From the NCBI GenBank assembly GCA_048772705.1, contig JBLWGC010000126.1:84490-148489 (forward strand): DNA of 64,000 bases. The letters run 5' to 3'. The position numbers and the translations under genes are program-made. Position 1 is the first letter of the stretch. Each line of letters starts with the position of its first letter. The stretch comes from Leidyana gryllorum EB-2025a. Taxonomy: Eukaryota; Protista; Apicomplexa. Under the pieces are notes generated by a model. That model made no database searches. It saw only the letters and a program-made list of their open reading frames with translations, and was not told where the DNA came from. Shown here piece after piece: positions 23,051 to 35,110 of this stretch.

Positions 23051-26000
23051 ATGAGCGTCGTTGATGAAGAACACATGCCGGCTGACGAGACTCACACAAC
23101 TTACGACCTCGAGAATGTACACTGTGAGCCTCACTACTCAATACCCATAATCGCCAATAACGCCCCTTTACAGCAAACTTAAATCGTATTCGCGAATCGG
23201 GTCGAAGTAATCGCCACGCCCCTCTGCCTCCAGCATTTGGTAAGACCGATTTTTGTTCGTTTACCCCCCAAGCTATCTCAGATGCACTTTTGTCGAGTAC
23301 TGACAAACCTACTGCTGCTTCAAGCCTACCGCGGCTAAATGTCGCCACATTCATTGAGATTGTTTTCGGATGTATGGGAGTCCCCACATCCTTATTCGCT
23401 CCTGAAGAAATTGAGCGCGAAGATCCTAGCACCATAATGGAGAATATAAGTGCCCGGGCAGACGATCAGGACTTAATTCTGTCGCCTCTCACACCCGTTC
23501 TTGCCACCCTATTGCGATCACTTCACCGCCGAAGAGCTAACAATCTTGCTACACTCAAACAACGAGAGGCTGACACCGCTGCCATCGGCCTAAGTCGCCT
23601 CACACAAGACCCCGGGACCTTTGGGAACTTTGGCGAATTCCTTAGACTACGAGATAAAACTCGAAAGGACGACTTAGATACTATGAAAGTCGCCTCAGGA
23701 AATAAGTTCAAGCGATTTGATGGTCTCCAAGAGAGATGTCTCACGTATTTCGTAGAGGCCGTTACTCCGTAAGTGCCATTTCCTCGCAATATGACCAACT
23801 CGTCTTCCCACTCAGCCTAGATCCCAGCGTCATACTCGACGAAATCGGCCCTGTTATGTTCCAGTGGCTTGGAGCTATGGTTCAAAGTACATTCCGACCA
23901 GCCCGCTTGGCTGGAACATATATACTGGGCTGTCTGGGCGTGGCTCTGGCGTCTAGAGTGACCACGCTGCAACAGGATTTCCACGTTAACTGCGAGCAAT
24001 TGGATGCCGAAAAACGCAACGCCGGCTCCGCTGGCGTTGTCAATAAGAGAACTCGAATGATCAAAGAACAACTCAAGGCTGCCCATCGCTTCTTATCCCT
24101 GATTACTGATGTCATCGCTGCACTCAAAAGCAGAGTCGATGACGTGTCGTGGCACATTCAGTACGAAGCAGCCTACTTCTTGGGACTCATGGCTCAACAA
24201 ACTCCGATTTGGGCCTTACTGGGAAACGCTAGGTGGTATGTCGAAGTCCTCGACCTCATCTACAGCCACGAGGTAAGCAAAGGAATGCCGTCTCCTGTCG
24301 AGCGTGTGCCGTCTCCTCTCGCGCGTGTGCCGTCTCCTGTCGACCGAGTGCCGTCTCCTGTCGACTGAGTGCAACTTTGGCGTCTCGCCGCTCCGCCCCT
24401 CGATCTCGTTCGTTTTCATCGCGTCCGCCCGTCTCACTGTCATGTGACCACAATGTCTTTCAGGTAGTTGACATGCGATTGCTGGCTGTGGAGCAAGTCG
24501 AGCCTCTGTTGAGTGCACTTCGTCAAGCATTGATACTGCACTGGCCCAAGGATCGGGCAACAGACTTTGATGTTGATGACTCACTGATTCCTGAGCAATC
24601 AGTGTTCAGGCTGTTAGAGAAGATCGAAAAGCAGTGTCCAAAGCTGCCTGAAGTGGATTTACGACTGACGAGTTTGTTCGATACCTTGCTACAGCTGACG
24701 GTTAAACATGTTCAAGACCCCGATATCCGGATGGCGACATTGTCGGCCGAACAATTGTTGCGTATATCGATAGCTGAAGGACAATGCAAAGAGCATTGGG
24801 ATGTTGGGTTGTCGGATAGTTCGATCACTGCAGCTGTTAGTTTGCTGTTTTACACTGATTGTCCAATAGTGAGGATCGAGGTTGCGAGGTTCGTTGACAA
24901 CGCACTGTTCACACATTCTGTCATCAATGAGGCGGAAGTGAAACAGCTTCTGGTTGGAGAAGATCCACCCATCACTCCGGAACGGATTCAGGCCTTTTCG
25001 TTGCAGTTATGCACATTAGTAGAGTTCTTCCGAGACTATGCGACAGGAGCAACGTGGGTGACTCGACACACGCAGGCTGTGAAAGCCTTATGGTCTTTGG
25101 CGCCCGTACTCCATCATTTTGACGTTCTGCTCGCCCATTTGGGATTGGCTTTCAAGTCAGCCCCAATTGGGCAGAGTGCTGAATTGGCCCAAATGTTAGG
25201 AGGGAGTGCTCTGTGGTGTGACGAAGGCAGCGCTGGGGTGATGCTGTCCTTGGTGCTGGCAGTGTTGGAATGTCAACGAACGTGTCTGGGAGGTCGGAGC
25301 CGATATTGTTATTTCCCATCATTATTTCCGGACGTCGGCTATTCGGCTATGGATGCGGAGCGAGCGCTAAGTGAAGTCTCTTCTGGAGGTTTCCGACTGG
25401 TCCCGGACGATGCGTTATGGTCCTTTGAGAATCTGGAGGTTGAACAGAGACCAATGGCCAAACGCACAGTCCACAATTTGTTGAGTCTGTGGCGGACAAT
25501 TGTTGGAATTCTCCATGGAGCCCGGGTAAGTGTGCGTGCCGATGATTGGGTGTGTGCGAAATTCCGGTCTTCGCAGTCCGAGAGCGGCCAGATACTGGTG
25601 GCTGCATCCTTGGCATTCGAACTGGTTGATGCCACAGACGCCTTGTTGGCAGCGCTTCGGCACTTCCGAGGAGAGGTGGATCTGGCGGACTTGGCTACAC
25701 AACAGGGACGGTTCTCTTCCACAATTATCGGATTGATTCGGAGTCAACGAAGTCGAGAGACCTTGAAGGCTCTTTTCGCTGTGTTGATGCGCCTTCGAGA
25801 TCAGCGTCGACGGTTGAGTGTGGCCATGGCAGGTCATGAGACCCCTCAGAACGATGCAGCGGTGACCGCATACGAACAGTATCTGGATGAACAGGAGAGA
25901 TCGATCGATGCTCTATTGGAGGAACAGCGCAAGAGTCTTTTAGAGGACATTAGCGCTCATGCGCGATTGGTCAATGATCGCTCGGAGACCGTCAACGAAG

Positions 26001-27908
26001 AGAACGCCGATAATTTGCGCGGTCTGTTGCATTTATGTACGACGTTGGCCGAGAATGTGAGTTCTAATTACACTACGGAGATCAGCCGTTCTCTCTCTGT
26101 AGGATGTGACCAACACATTTCGCCATGGATTAGAGACATTGGATGATCTGATGACTTTGTTGGAGAACAAAGTCAAGCAGATCCGGAACAGTGCCTCGGA
26201 AGTTGGTGCGCTCCAATCCGTTCCGAGTCACTCTCTCACTGTTTTGGTGTTCGATCTCTTATGGGTGGCTTTAGCGCGTTATGTAAGTTGAGCGGGATGG
26301 GGGCTACGAGGGTGACTCGCTTGACGCAGATGGAACAAATTGCGCAACGAACTGAGACTCATCTCCGAGAGACAATCTTCGAACCGCTTCGGAAATCCGA
26401 GACTGATATTCCACCAGAATTTCTTCTGCCAGATCACGCTGCTCGAGTTGAAGAAAGGATACGTTTGTTCAAAGAGGATCTGGAAATCTACACAGAGTTG
26501 AGAAACCAAATCTTATCCTTCGCCACCGAAACCAGCGAAAGCCTTCGAGCGACATTACCGACTGTCGGTGAGGAAATACAGTACAGCGAAAGGGACAAAG
26601 AGGCATTGCTGCTGGCAACTAACTGCGTCAACACCATTATCAATGCATGTGAGTTCGGAAGAGAGGGTACTGTGTCTGACTGACTGATTGATCTTTGGTG
26701 GCCGCAGCTTATTTCCGGACTCTCAGTCCCCTGTGGACAAGAATCTCTCGCTTATTCCGTTATCTGCTGAACCATCCAGTGAAAGTGACCCTCACCGATG
26801 GTGCTGTTGAACATTGCAACAGAGTACTCAGCCTCTCAGATGGCTGTGCGATGAGTTCTGAGGGTAAGTCTCCTTCTCTCTCCCTCTCTGCACATCACTG
26901 CGCCAAAAAGGAGAAGTGGTTCACGAAGTCGCCCTGTTGGCTGACGATTTGAGGCTACGGAGTCGGGAGTACCAGAAGGACATGGAGTCTATGGGGCTGG
27001 TGGCAGAACTGCCATTCCCTTCTCTGACAATGGGGCTGTGGCCTGTCAACAATGCACATCCGGATCTCAACCCATCGCCCTGCGGGATCTCAACTCTTCA
27101 TCACCTCTATCGCAATCTGGTGAGTTGACGCATTCCCCTTCGTTTTAGGAAATACTATAAATGTCTCCGTTGTTATCAGCGCTCAGAGAGGGCGGTGACA
27201 GAATTTCTTGCGGGACTCCCGAGTGTGGGAGAGTTGGCGGAAACATTTCATGTCCAACTGGCTGCCGCTGTGTGTCAGCTGCCGGATCCGGCCTTATGGC
27301 GCGATAGTTCACTCGGTCTGGTGATTCTGCATGGAATGAGCTCGAGATCGATGATCAGTCAGCGGCTCGGAGCTGCTTTCATTGAACGATTAATTCTATA
27401 CGAGAGGCTACAGCGCCAGGAGTTGATCGATGTGAAAGTCGGCGAAGAAGAGCAGGCAAAGCCATTGGTTCAGGAATTACTGTTAGCCACGATTTGGGCT
27501 GCGATAAATCGATACCGAGACGGCAAAGGGATCAAACACGCACAAACAATTGCCAAAAACTCAGCCATCCACACAATGCAATACTTCCAAGCGCTGGATG
27601 ATAAAGGCATTGATGACTTTGTCATGCGGGTGGTGGCCTATGCAACCACTCCACAAGTGACCATCAAGTGTGTTGAAGAGTTGATGACGACAGTGGCATT
27701 TCATCTGCTGGGAGGTCGGCTGAAACGGCGGTGGAAGAAGGAGGTTGCGCAAGCGCGGCTGAACTCTGTATATCAGGCTATTCTGGTACATTGTGCCCGG
27801 TGGGCACAAGACGAAGAATTCTTGAATGGACTGAAAATATTGCTGAGATGCTGTTACTACCCCGGATCCCCCAAACTCTTCACAGTCATGGTGGATGACG
27901 ATGAGTAA
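23051..27908 (+). CDS. SCC3: Cohesin subunit Scc3/STAG (stromal antigen), multi-exon
   Basis: STAG-like WLGAMVQSTFRPARLAGT (compare LSDSQVRAFRHTST), QLDAEKRN coiled coil, SCD-like RVDDVSWHIQYEAAYFLG...VDMRLLAV, QDPDIR, and a long HEAT-like helical body. Confidence 0.72.
24286..24372 (+). repeat. 21-bp minisatellite x4 inside a STAG intron (24273-24463)
   Basis: TGCCGTCTCCTGTCGAGCGTG-type unit repeated four times. Confidence 0.9.
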
Positions 27909-27926
27909 ATAAACTACGTCGTCCTC

Positions 27927-28892
27927 TCAAGGCGACAGGGTATTTCTGGATGAATGCATTTGTCGGTGACCGACCACCCGAACGGAGTGCGCTTTCCGGC
28001 TGATACGTGACACACTCTCAGCATCGACCTGAAAAGTGAGGTCAGATGAAATACACAGCGTTCGAGTATCGGTCCCCCTTACATGTGCCATATCCTCTGT
28101 GGCTGCTCGAGTGCCTCCTCGTCTCGAAGACGTGACTGACAGTGCCGCTGTGGTAGCCGCCTCTGATGTCAGACGGTCCACAAAGTCATCGTGCTCATGA
28201 CTTCGCCTCCGCTGCTCGGATTTCCTCAAGGCCGATGGGCGACGCTTTTTCTCCACTGCCGGTTGAGCGGGTGGTGGTGGAGGGGGAGGCGATGGTGATG
28301 GTGATGGCCGTCGAAAATTGGCGGCATAGGGATTAGATTTCATAGTATTGAAGAAGAAATCAGCATTCCACTGACCACAGTAAGCGTACCCACACAGCGG
28401 CTCATAGTTATGGGCAAATTTGGCCTGTCGGATGTGTCCATCACTAGTTGGATGGGGCCGATCGGAGTATCCAATGGGCAAAACGTGCTTGCGAGGTGGC
28501 GGTTCATCGGGGTATTCATAGTCTATGTAATAAGAATCTGTCTCCGGATCGTAGATCTCCACTCTCTGTGAGAACAACGGATATAAATGGACGGGTTGCC
28601 GTGGTGGTGGTGGTGGGGAGCCGCGTAACCGGACAGTAATACGTAATAATCATTTTCCCGCAATGCACGGGGAACTCACTCAACTCACCTGAGGTCGCTC
28701 ATACCAATTTCGACGTTCCGTTGCCGCTCTCAGATCTACACCATATCCAATAGGATGTCTGTGGGCAACCAGAGGTTTGCCAAACTCGTCATGGGTGACG
28801 CGGGGAGGTCTCTTATTGTCATTATATCGTCGGGGTTCCAGCAAGAACAACTCGTCGAATGGCTTAGACTCGTATCCCTCCTTCTTGGCCAT
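27927..28892 (-). CDS. Hypothetical protein, 2 exons
   Basis: MAKKEGYESKPF...ERPQ spliced in phase 0 to RVEIYDPETDSYY...; PIGY occurs twice; Pro-rich linker. Confidence 0.6.
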
Positions 28893-28902
28893 CGCAAAAA
28901 AA

Positions 28903-30520
28903 ATGGAGGGCTGGCAATGGCTAAGTCCAAGCTGCAGCTCCACCTCCTCCTGGGACTTGAGGCATCTGTTCACTACCCAGAGGGATGAGAATGCGCTTCA
29001 TATACAGAAGCTTTGTTGCGTCGAGGTGCCTGGGACTATAGAGGGTACCGGCAAGAGTGTGGTCGCGGCACTGGGCGGGGCTCAAAAGCTCGCCGAGGCA
29101 TTTGAGGACCCGAAGGGTGTGCCTCTGATACTGAGACTGAATCCGAAAGACCCGCAGAGCAAATTCCTGCCAGGCCGATACCAGAAAACTGCTGGACTGC
29201 TGCTGCGAATTCGTAAATATAAAAGTGGACGATCGGCTCTGAAGGTGGTTGGCTTCGTTGAGCAGACCTATAAGTTCATTGCACTCTGCGACTACATTCT
29301 GGCACCACCTGATGAGTCTCGATACCCCCAGGACATCATTCGTACTCTGGAATCATTGAAAGCTCAATGCTCCGCCTCTGAGGGGCACTCCCATCCGGTG
29401 ACGCCTTCTCTCGATTCACCAGACGAAGCGGAACTGGCCACGCGCCCAATGGACCCTCACTGCGAGTTCATCCCGCCGCCACTGTATACACGCCAAACGC
29501 AAGCGTTCAACTATCGCTATCAGGACAACGTGTTCCTGTCCAGCGCCCGGTACTATGCCTTGCCTGAAGAAGGCGCCCCTAACGTGGAAGATGCTTTCGA
29601 TACAAACGCCATATTGAAGGAAGTCGAGAAGTCGATGGGCGGTGATGCCACTGAGCAGCCTCCTGCCGAAGGCAGCGAGGAGGAGGATCAGCCGTTCTTA
29701 CCCGTGCCACGGGGAAAAGAAGGACCGTTCAATACTATCGCAAGATTCCAGGATTTGGTATTACCCACTCGGGGAGACAGCGTCGCCGATTCCAAGTCAC
29801 GTGTTGATGCGGATTTGATGGCTGAAGTGGAAAGATTGTTCGAACAGCGACCCCTTTGGCAACGAGTCAGTCTTCTGGACCAACTGTCGCAGCACGTAAC
29901 TGTTTGGAAGATCAAACCCGTACTGGCAAGGCTGTGTTTCAATTGGAAAAGTAAGTGGGGAAGTGATGACTGTCGATCCTCTTTTCTCACTCAGACGGGC
30001 CGTGGCGAGGGTGTTTATGTCGTTTTGGTTACGACCCTCGCACAGATCCAGAGGCACGTGTGTACCAAAGCATAGACTTTCGGGATAACCATTTCCGCAC
30101 TGTCCGACGGCGGACGCAAAGAGCGCATGGACGGACCACTGTGATGGACGACCCTGTGCTGAACGTGATAGAGGAGCCCACCAACTCGCTGACGGGACGA
30201 CGGGCAACAGGGCCAGCCTCTGGGCCCAGCGTTCGTCCTGGGGTACTTGTTTGTAGTACTGATTACCGCTTCACCGAACCCCCAGCTAGACCGTCCCAAT
30301 TCTATCAATTGATAGACATAGAGGATACACTGATCCAAGAACTGCTCAAGAAAGCAGCAGTCTTGCCGACATGTTGCGAACGAACAGGTAAGAAATATTG
30401 TGTTTGGCCCCGTTGAATCTGTGATTGATAGGATGGTATGATGCGTCCTTGTTGGCCCGAGTGCGAGAGTTGATGGCAGCAAAGGTGCGGAGGATGCGTG
30501 AAGCAGAATCAGCTACTTAG
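28903..30520 (+). CDS. GTF3C5: Transcription factor IIIC subunit Tau95 (GTF3C5/Tfc1), 3 exons
   Basis: CVEVPG..ALGG, LRLNPKDP, GLLLRIRK, VVGFVEQTYKF..LCDY, LFEQRPLW, GPWR..RFGYDPR...YQSIDFR and CCERTGWY. Confidence 0.88.
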
Positions 30521-30575
30521 AGTTGAGTGGTGAAGGGGCACGAATCTTTTTAGTCTTGAACAAAAAGTCAATTCA

Positions 30576-32216
30576 ATGCCTGCCAGGGTATCCGGTCGTC
30601 GAGTTCGGATTCCATCTACCTTTCAGCCGGTGCGTGGGATTCTGAAGCCTGGGGCCCACCCCAAACGGACTCGGCCGACGGAAACAAAGTTACAGATCCA
30701 TCCCGATTACTTAAGCCCCCCTGTTGCCCGTGCGAGAGCGAGTGCCTCGCCTGTAGACACATGGCAGGAGCAGCCGACAGCCCTGTCCCCCACTCCAACT
30801 CTGGGGATCGAATCGTGGAACAATCTGCCGGTTCATCCCGCTTACTGCAACTCTCAATGTTCACCTAATGTACCTTGTGGCAACTGCGAAAGTATTGCTA
30901 TGCGGTTCCAAGACCTCGAACGCCGTGCTGCCCAAGCCGAGCAAGCCCACGACACTGCCCAGCGAGAGATGACAAAGGCTCGTGAGTATCAGCGCCTCCA
31001 GGAAGCTTACATTGAACAGCTCAAGCGCCAAACTCACCCACAACAGCAGCAGCAGCAGCAGAATGGTGGATATTCGAGAGGCTCTTCTGCAATGGCGCCA
31101 CGTTCCCCGAGTCCAGAAATGTTCACTGAAGTAATCAGAGTACCAATGGAAATTAGAAGACAAAGTTCCACTTCGCCTCCTGAGATCATCAAGTCTACGA
31201 CTGTGGCCATCGACGAGACTGAAGCGGCCACTCCCAGTGGTGGTGTCTGTACCCCCACACCGTCCCCGCCAACGCCTTCGTCACTGCCAAAACAAGTCGT
31301 TCGGCATGAATGGCTCTCCCCCCAATTCCCGACTTCGACGACTCCAGGCACCATTGGAGAACCCACAGGTGGTATAGGTGTCCAAGCCAGGTCCAATACG
31401 GTGCCGCCCTACAGCGTTCAGCCGTTGGAGTGGACGGGAGGGACCAACAACGGACGGGTCAACCATTTGTATGAGCCGTTGAGGTCTCACGCCCCTCGCT
31501 ATCAGAGTCCATTGGGTCCAGTGCCGGGTCTCAAGCCCGTGGGATATCGTGGGCGGGGTCGATCAGGTTCTTTGGGGTCGTATTCGACAGACTTTGACGA
31601 AACCTCCACCTACTCGTCGAGCTCAGAGACCACCAGTCTGTCTTCCTCTGTCCGAGGCCGGTCGAAACGTCACCGCCGTCGGCGTCAGCATCGGAGCGGG
31701 TCTCCGACGAGACGGCGTGGAGGCTCGTCTCGCACGTCTCCTCCTCCTCTGCGTGAGCGCGAACATCGGGAGAAAGGCCGTTCGTCATCGAGGAAGCGGC
31801 ACCAGAAAGGTCAGCCCACATATCCTGCGATTGTTGGAGGGACACCGGACAGTCGTCTTCCGCCGATTGATCGGGAGGACAACAACAGTACACCGCCGGG
31901 TCCCGCGACACCGAGTTTCTCGATGCCGCGGAGTGTGACGTTCGAGGGAGGGCCGCCTGATCGTTCTCCGGTGCCGCGGTGGAGGATGCCGAGTGTGGAC
32001 GACGTGCCGGTGGGTCACGCTGTGCCCAGAGGCGGTGGAGATTTGGCAGTGGGCATCGAGGGAGAGGACGAGGAGGCGTTACAGGAAAGGGTGGAGAATC
32101 TCAAATACATTGAAGACGGTTCGATTCTATCTCCAGGCGTTGATAACGCTAGTTATATTACAATTAACAATCTTCGACCACAGTATAACAAGAAGAGAGC
32201 GAATTGTTGTCGCTAG
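30576..32216 (+). CDS. Hypothetical low-complexity protein with C-terminal basic-CC motif
   Basis: 546-aa ORF with CxxxC..CxxC, a coiled coil, poly-Q and an RS-rich tract; ends KKRANCCR. Confidence 0.65.
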   Translation: MPARVSGRRVRIPSTFQPVRGILKPGAHPKRTRPTETKLQIHPDYLSPPVARARASASPVDTWQEQPTALSPTPTLGIESWNNLPVHPAYCNSQCSPNVPCGNCESIAMRFQDLERRAAQAEQAHDTAQREMTKAREYQRLQEAYIEQLKRQTHPQQQQQQQNGGYSRGSSAMAPRSPSPEMFTEVIRVPMEIRRQSSTSPPEIIKSTTVAIDETEAATPSGGVCTPTPSPPTPSSLPKQVVRHEWLSPQFPTSTTPGTIGEPTGGIGVQARSNTVPPYSVQPLEWTGGTNNGRVNHLYEPLRSHAPRYQSPLGPVPGLKPVGYRGRGRSGSLGSYSTDFDETSTYSSSSETTSLSSSVRGRSKRHRRRRQHRSGSPTRRRGGSSRTSPPPLREREHREKGRSSSRKRHQKGQPTYPAIVGGTPDSRLPPIDREDNNSTPPGPATPSFSMPRSVTFEGGPPDRSPVPRWRMPSVDDVPVGHAVPRGGGDLAVGIEGEDEEALQERVENLKYIEDGSILSPGVDNASYITINNLRPQYNKKRANCCR

Positions 32217-32238
32217 GCTGGCTGTTGTCTTTTTTCTG

Positions 32239-33281
32239 TCATCGGCGCGGAAGCCCCGGAGGAGGAGGTGGTGCTCCAAAGCGAGGAGGGGGCGCTGCAC
32301 TGCGCATCACACTAATTCCTGGCATGGAACCTCGCTGGCCTCCCACCATGCCGCCCGGTGTGGGGGCCAACATCATGTCACCCATATCGGCTTCCCTTTG
32401 CATGATCTTTTCTTGTTTCTGTGATTCCGAATGAACAAAGGTGGAATAAGAGAGAAACTTACAATCCGCCACTCTTCTTGCGAGTCCATGTAAGCCATTA
32501 CACAGACCATCACTCCAGCGACGAAGTTAAAACCACAGCCCACCAGAAGGAGGATTCCTGCCGAACCGTACGAGAAATCCGGGTAATGACTCGCCACTCT
32601 CAGCTGTGAGAACTGAGTGTTGGCCGCATACAGAAACCATCCACTGATTATTCCAGCCATAACACTGGTCCCAAGCCATGCGAACTGAATAAAGGGAACT
32701 GGAATGAAGAGTCGGGTTCAGAAGAGACTCACCTGAAGGAATTGGACACTTTTCCCAAACACGAACAGCCACAGGGAGGCTGTGAGAGATAGGCATGCAC
32801 CTCCAACGGCGAACGCCAACACCACAAAGCCGAGCGTCCCCAGCTGTTTATATGCGTTGCATCGCGAAGCGAAGTGAGCAACGCAAGTGGTAGAACACGA
32901 TCCTTGCCATAGGTTGATCAACCCGCTGGTAGCGCTCTGGGCTGCTACTTGAGTGTATCCCGAACACACAGAGTCCACTCGTGTGCTCCATGGTTGGACG
33001 TCACTGTTCCCGTTGAAGCCAGTTAGGTATAATCCGAACTTGCTCGGTAAATAGCTTTGAGTGAGTAATTGTTTCCTTGGAATCGACGTTTGATAACGGT
33101 AATCGATAGGGTCGAGGACGACCCACTCCTTCGTGGCGCATCCAACGATCATTAGGATTGAACCCAATACAGCCAGAACGGATGCCAACTTCCAGCCGAC
33201 GCCAATCTGGCTGCGCAGCTGCCGGATCCGCGGATCGACGCCTTCTGGCTGCTGAGCTTTTCTGCCTTTCGCTTTGGCCAT
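32239..33281 (-). CDS. CLAMP: Claudin-like apicomplexan microneme protein (CLAMP)-like, 3 exons
   Basis: Four TM segments; claudin-type first loop (W...GLY...C...C); Pro-rich cytoplasmic tail PPPRFGAPPPPPGLPRR. Confidence 0.7.
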
Positions 33282-33297
33282 TGATGTAACATGTAGA

Positions 33298-34161
33298 CTA
33301 ATTCTCGGCAGCGCACATTTCTTCAACCCAATCGTACGTTTGTCGAATGTCACTCAGAACTTGAGCAATGCTCTGATCCTCGAAAACGCTCAATTGTTGT
33401 GCGCTCAAATCGCTCGCATCGCCCGTCACCAGAGGAACTTTCAGCGCAACGGCAGCTTTGAACACCGCCGCATGGGCAATGAGGTCGATAGGATACTGCA
33501 GCGCCAGCGGCCACCGGAAGAAGTCCAGAACAATGCCCAAAGCCGCACTGTGGACGGTGTCGTAGACCTCAGCAGACTGTTCAATCAGTGAGGGGAGGAG
33601 GTCATTTATAGCAAACGCAATGTTTGCAGGGAACAGTCGGTAGTCGGGATTGACTATCCGGAAGCTGACTGCTCGTAAGAGGAGCACCTCGTACAACTTT
33701 ACATGTTCTCGCATGAGCGACAACTCTGCCCCTCCATCACGACAAGCCCACATTCCCGTAATCAATCCCGCTTCATGAGCGGGGTTCCGCGACTTTTCGA
33801 CGGAGGTATTACTGCTGTTAGCGGGGTCAACCGCAACTGGAAGTACAAGGGTAGCACCCTCACGTTGAGTGAGAAGGTAAATGCCTCTGACTATGTCACG
33901 GATTTTCGGCCCGTGACGGACGCCTTCGTGGTCCTCCAGATGTTTCCAAGCGAGCGAAAGACACGCAGCACAGAGACTTCTCCGTTCCGTGTAACGTGGA
34001 CTGAAGACTTTCAGAGCCCGATGAAGCAAGCCCAGCGCCATGAAAATGGTGTTGAGTGTGAGATTACACCCCAATCCCAGCGAGATGAGGAAGTTTGAGG
34101 TACCGTATACCAGTCGGCGATGTGTCTTGGAGGTCGCCAGTAGCTCATCGGGCTTCATCAT
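33298..34161 (-). CDS. Cyclin-box protein (transcriptional cyclin K/T/L-like)
   Basis: LGLGCNL..NTIFMALGLLHR...LCAACLSLAWKHLED and YEVLLLRAVSF; second fold LALQYPIDLIAHAAV. Confidence 0.75.
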   Translation of the reverse strand: MMKPDELLATSKTHRRLVYGTSNFLISLGLGCNLTLNTIFMALGLLHRALKVFSPRYTERRSLCAACLSLAWKHLEDHEGVRHGPKIRDIVRGIYLLTQREGATLVLPVAVDPANSSNTSVEKSRNPAHEAGLITGMWACRDGGAELSLMREHVKLYEVLLLRAVSFRIVNPDYRLFPANIAFAINDLLPSLIEQSAEVYDTVHSAALGIVLDFFRWPLALQYPIDLIAHAAVFKAAVALKVPLVTGDASDLSAQQLSVFEDQSIAQVLSDIRQTYDWVEEMCAAEN

Positions 34162-35072
34162 CAGAAAAAAAAATGCGATACATGGAATAGAACGCCTGCT
34201 CCATCTCATGCAAAGTCGGAGCACAGATGATGAGGGAATGTAAGGGACCGCCAAAGTCGGCGTCTTTCAACTCGGCCAGCGTCCCGCTAATGATCCGCTG
34301 TGTAGAGCTGCCCACTCTTGCAACGCCTATACCCTTGATGGATTCCGCACATACTGCACATACAACAACTATTTAACCACCAACCACCCAATTTGTGTCA
34401 AGACTCACCATCATCGAACTCCAAAATCTGCTCCACCGCCTGGTTCACAGTCATGAAACGCGGGGGTTCGTAGACCCCATTTCGCTTCATCATGTTTTCG
34501 ACCGTCTGCTCTTTGACCTTTATGTCCAGCAGCACTAATGTGTGCAAATCTGCCCGCTGATTCTCCAGAATCCGATCGACGAAACTCCTAGGCCGCCATT
34601 CCCCGTCGAAAAATGGAGCTGATACCGTCTGGCCAAACCGGTACAACTGGAGACCCGTACACCCGACCGCATTCATTATCGACGCGTTGTGAATCACTTC
34701 CACCTTGATCTTCATCTCCACTGCCCGCATGTACAGATCAGAGTGAGTTGTAGCCCCAAAGGGGTCGCCAACGACTAAAAACGCCACCTTCTCAGTGAGA
34801 GCCTCCTCCAGCATTCGATCGCACATCAATTCCACGGTTTCACGGTCCGCTTCTTGAATAGTCTTTCCGTACATCTCCTCCTGTGTAAACCGTTTTCCAT
34901 ATTACCCCCCCTGTTGCTCTGCTCATCTTACCAATTCAGACTTTTGCGAGTCAATCAATACCGACGTATATGTTTCCATATACACCTTGTCCGCGGCTGT
35001 CACAGCATTCAGCCCTTTCACCGTAATGTCATCCTTTCCGCCAAGCCCCAAGCCGATGAGATAGAGCGTCAT
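34145..35072 (-). CDS. DPH5: Diphthine methyl ester synthase, 3 exons
   Basis: [65 protein letters not shown] and [11 protein letters not shown]. Confidence 0.95.
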
Positions 35073-35110
35073 TCCTACAAAATATTTCCTAAGGAAATTA
35101 TTTTCCCGCT

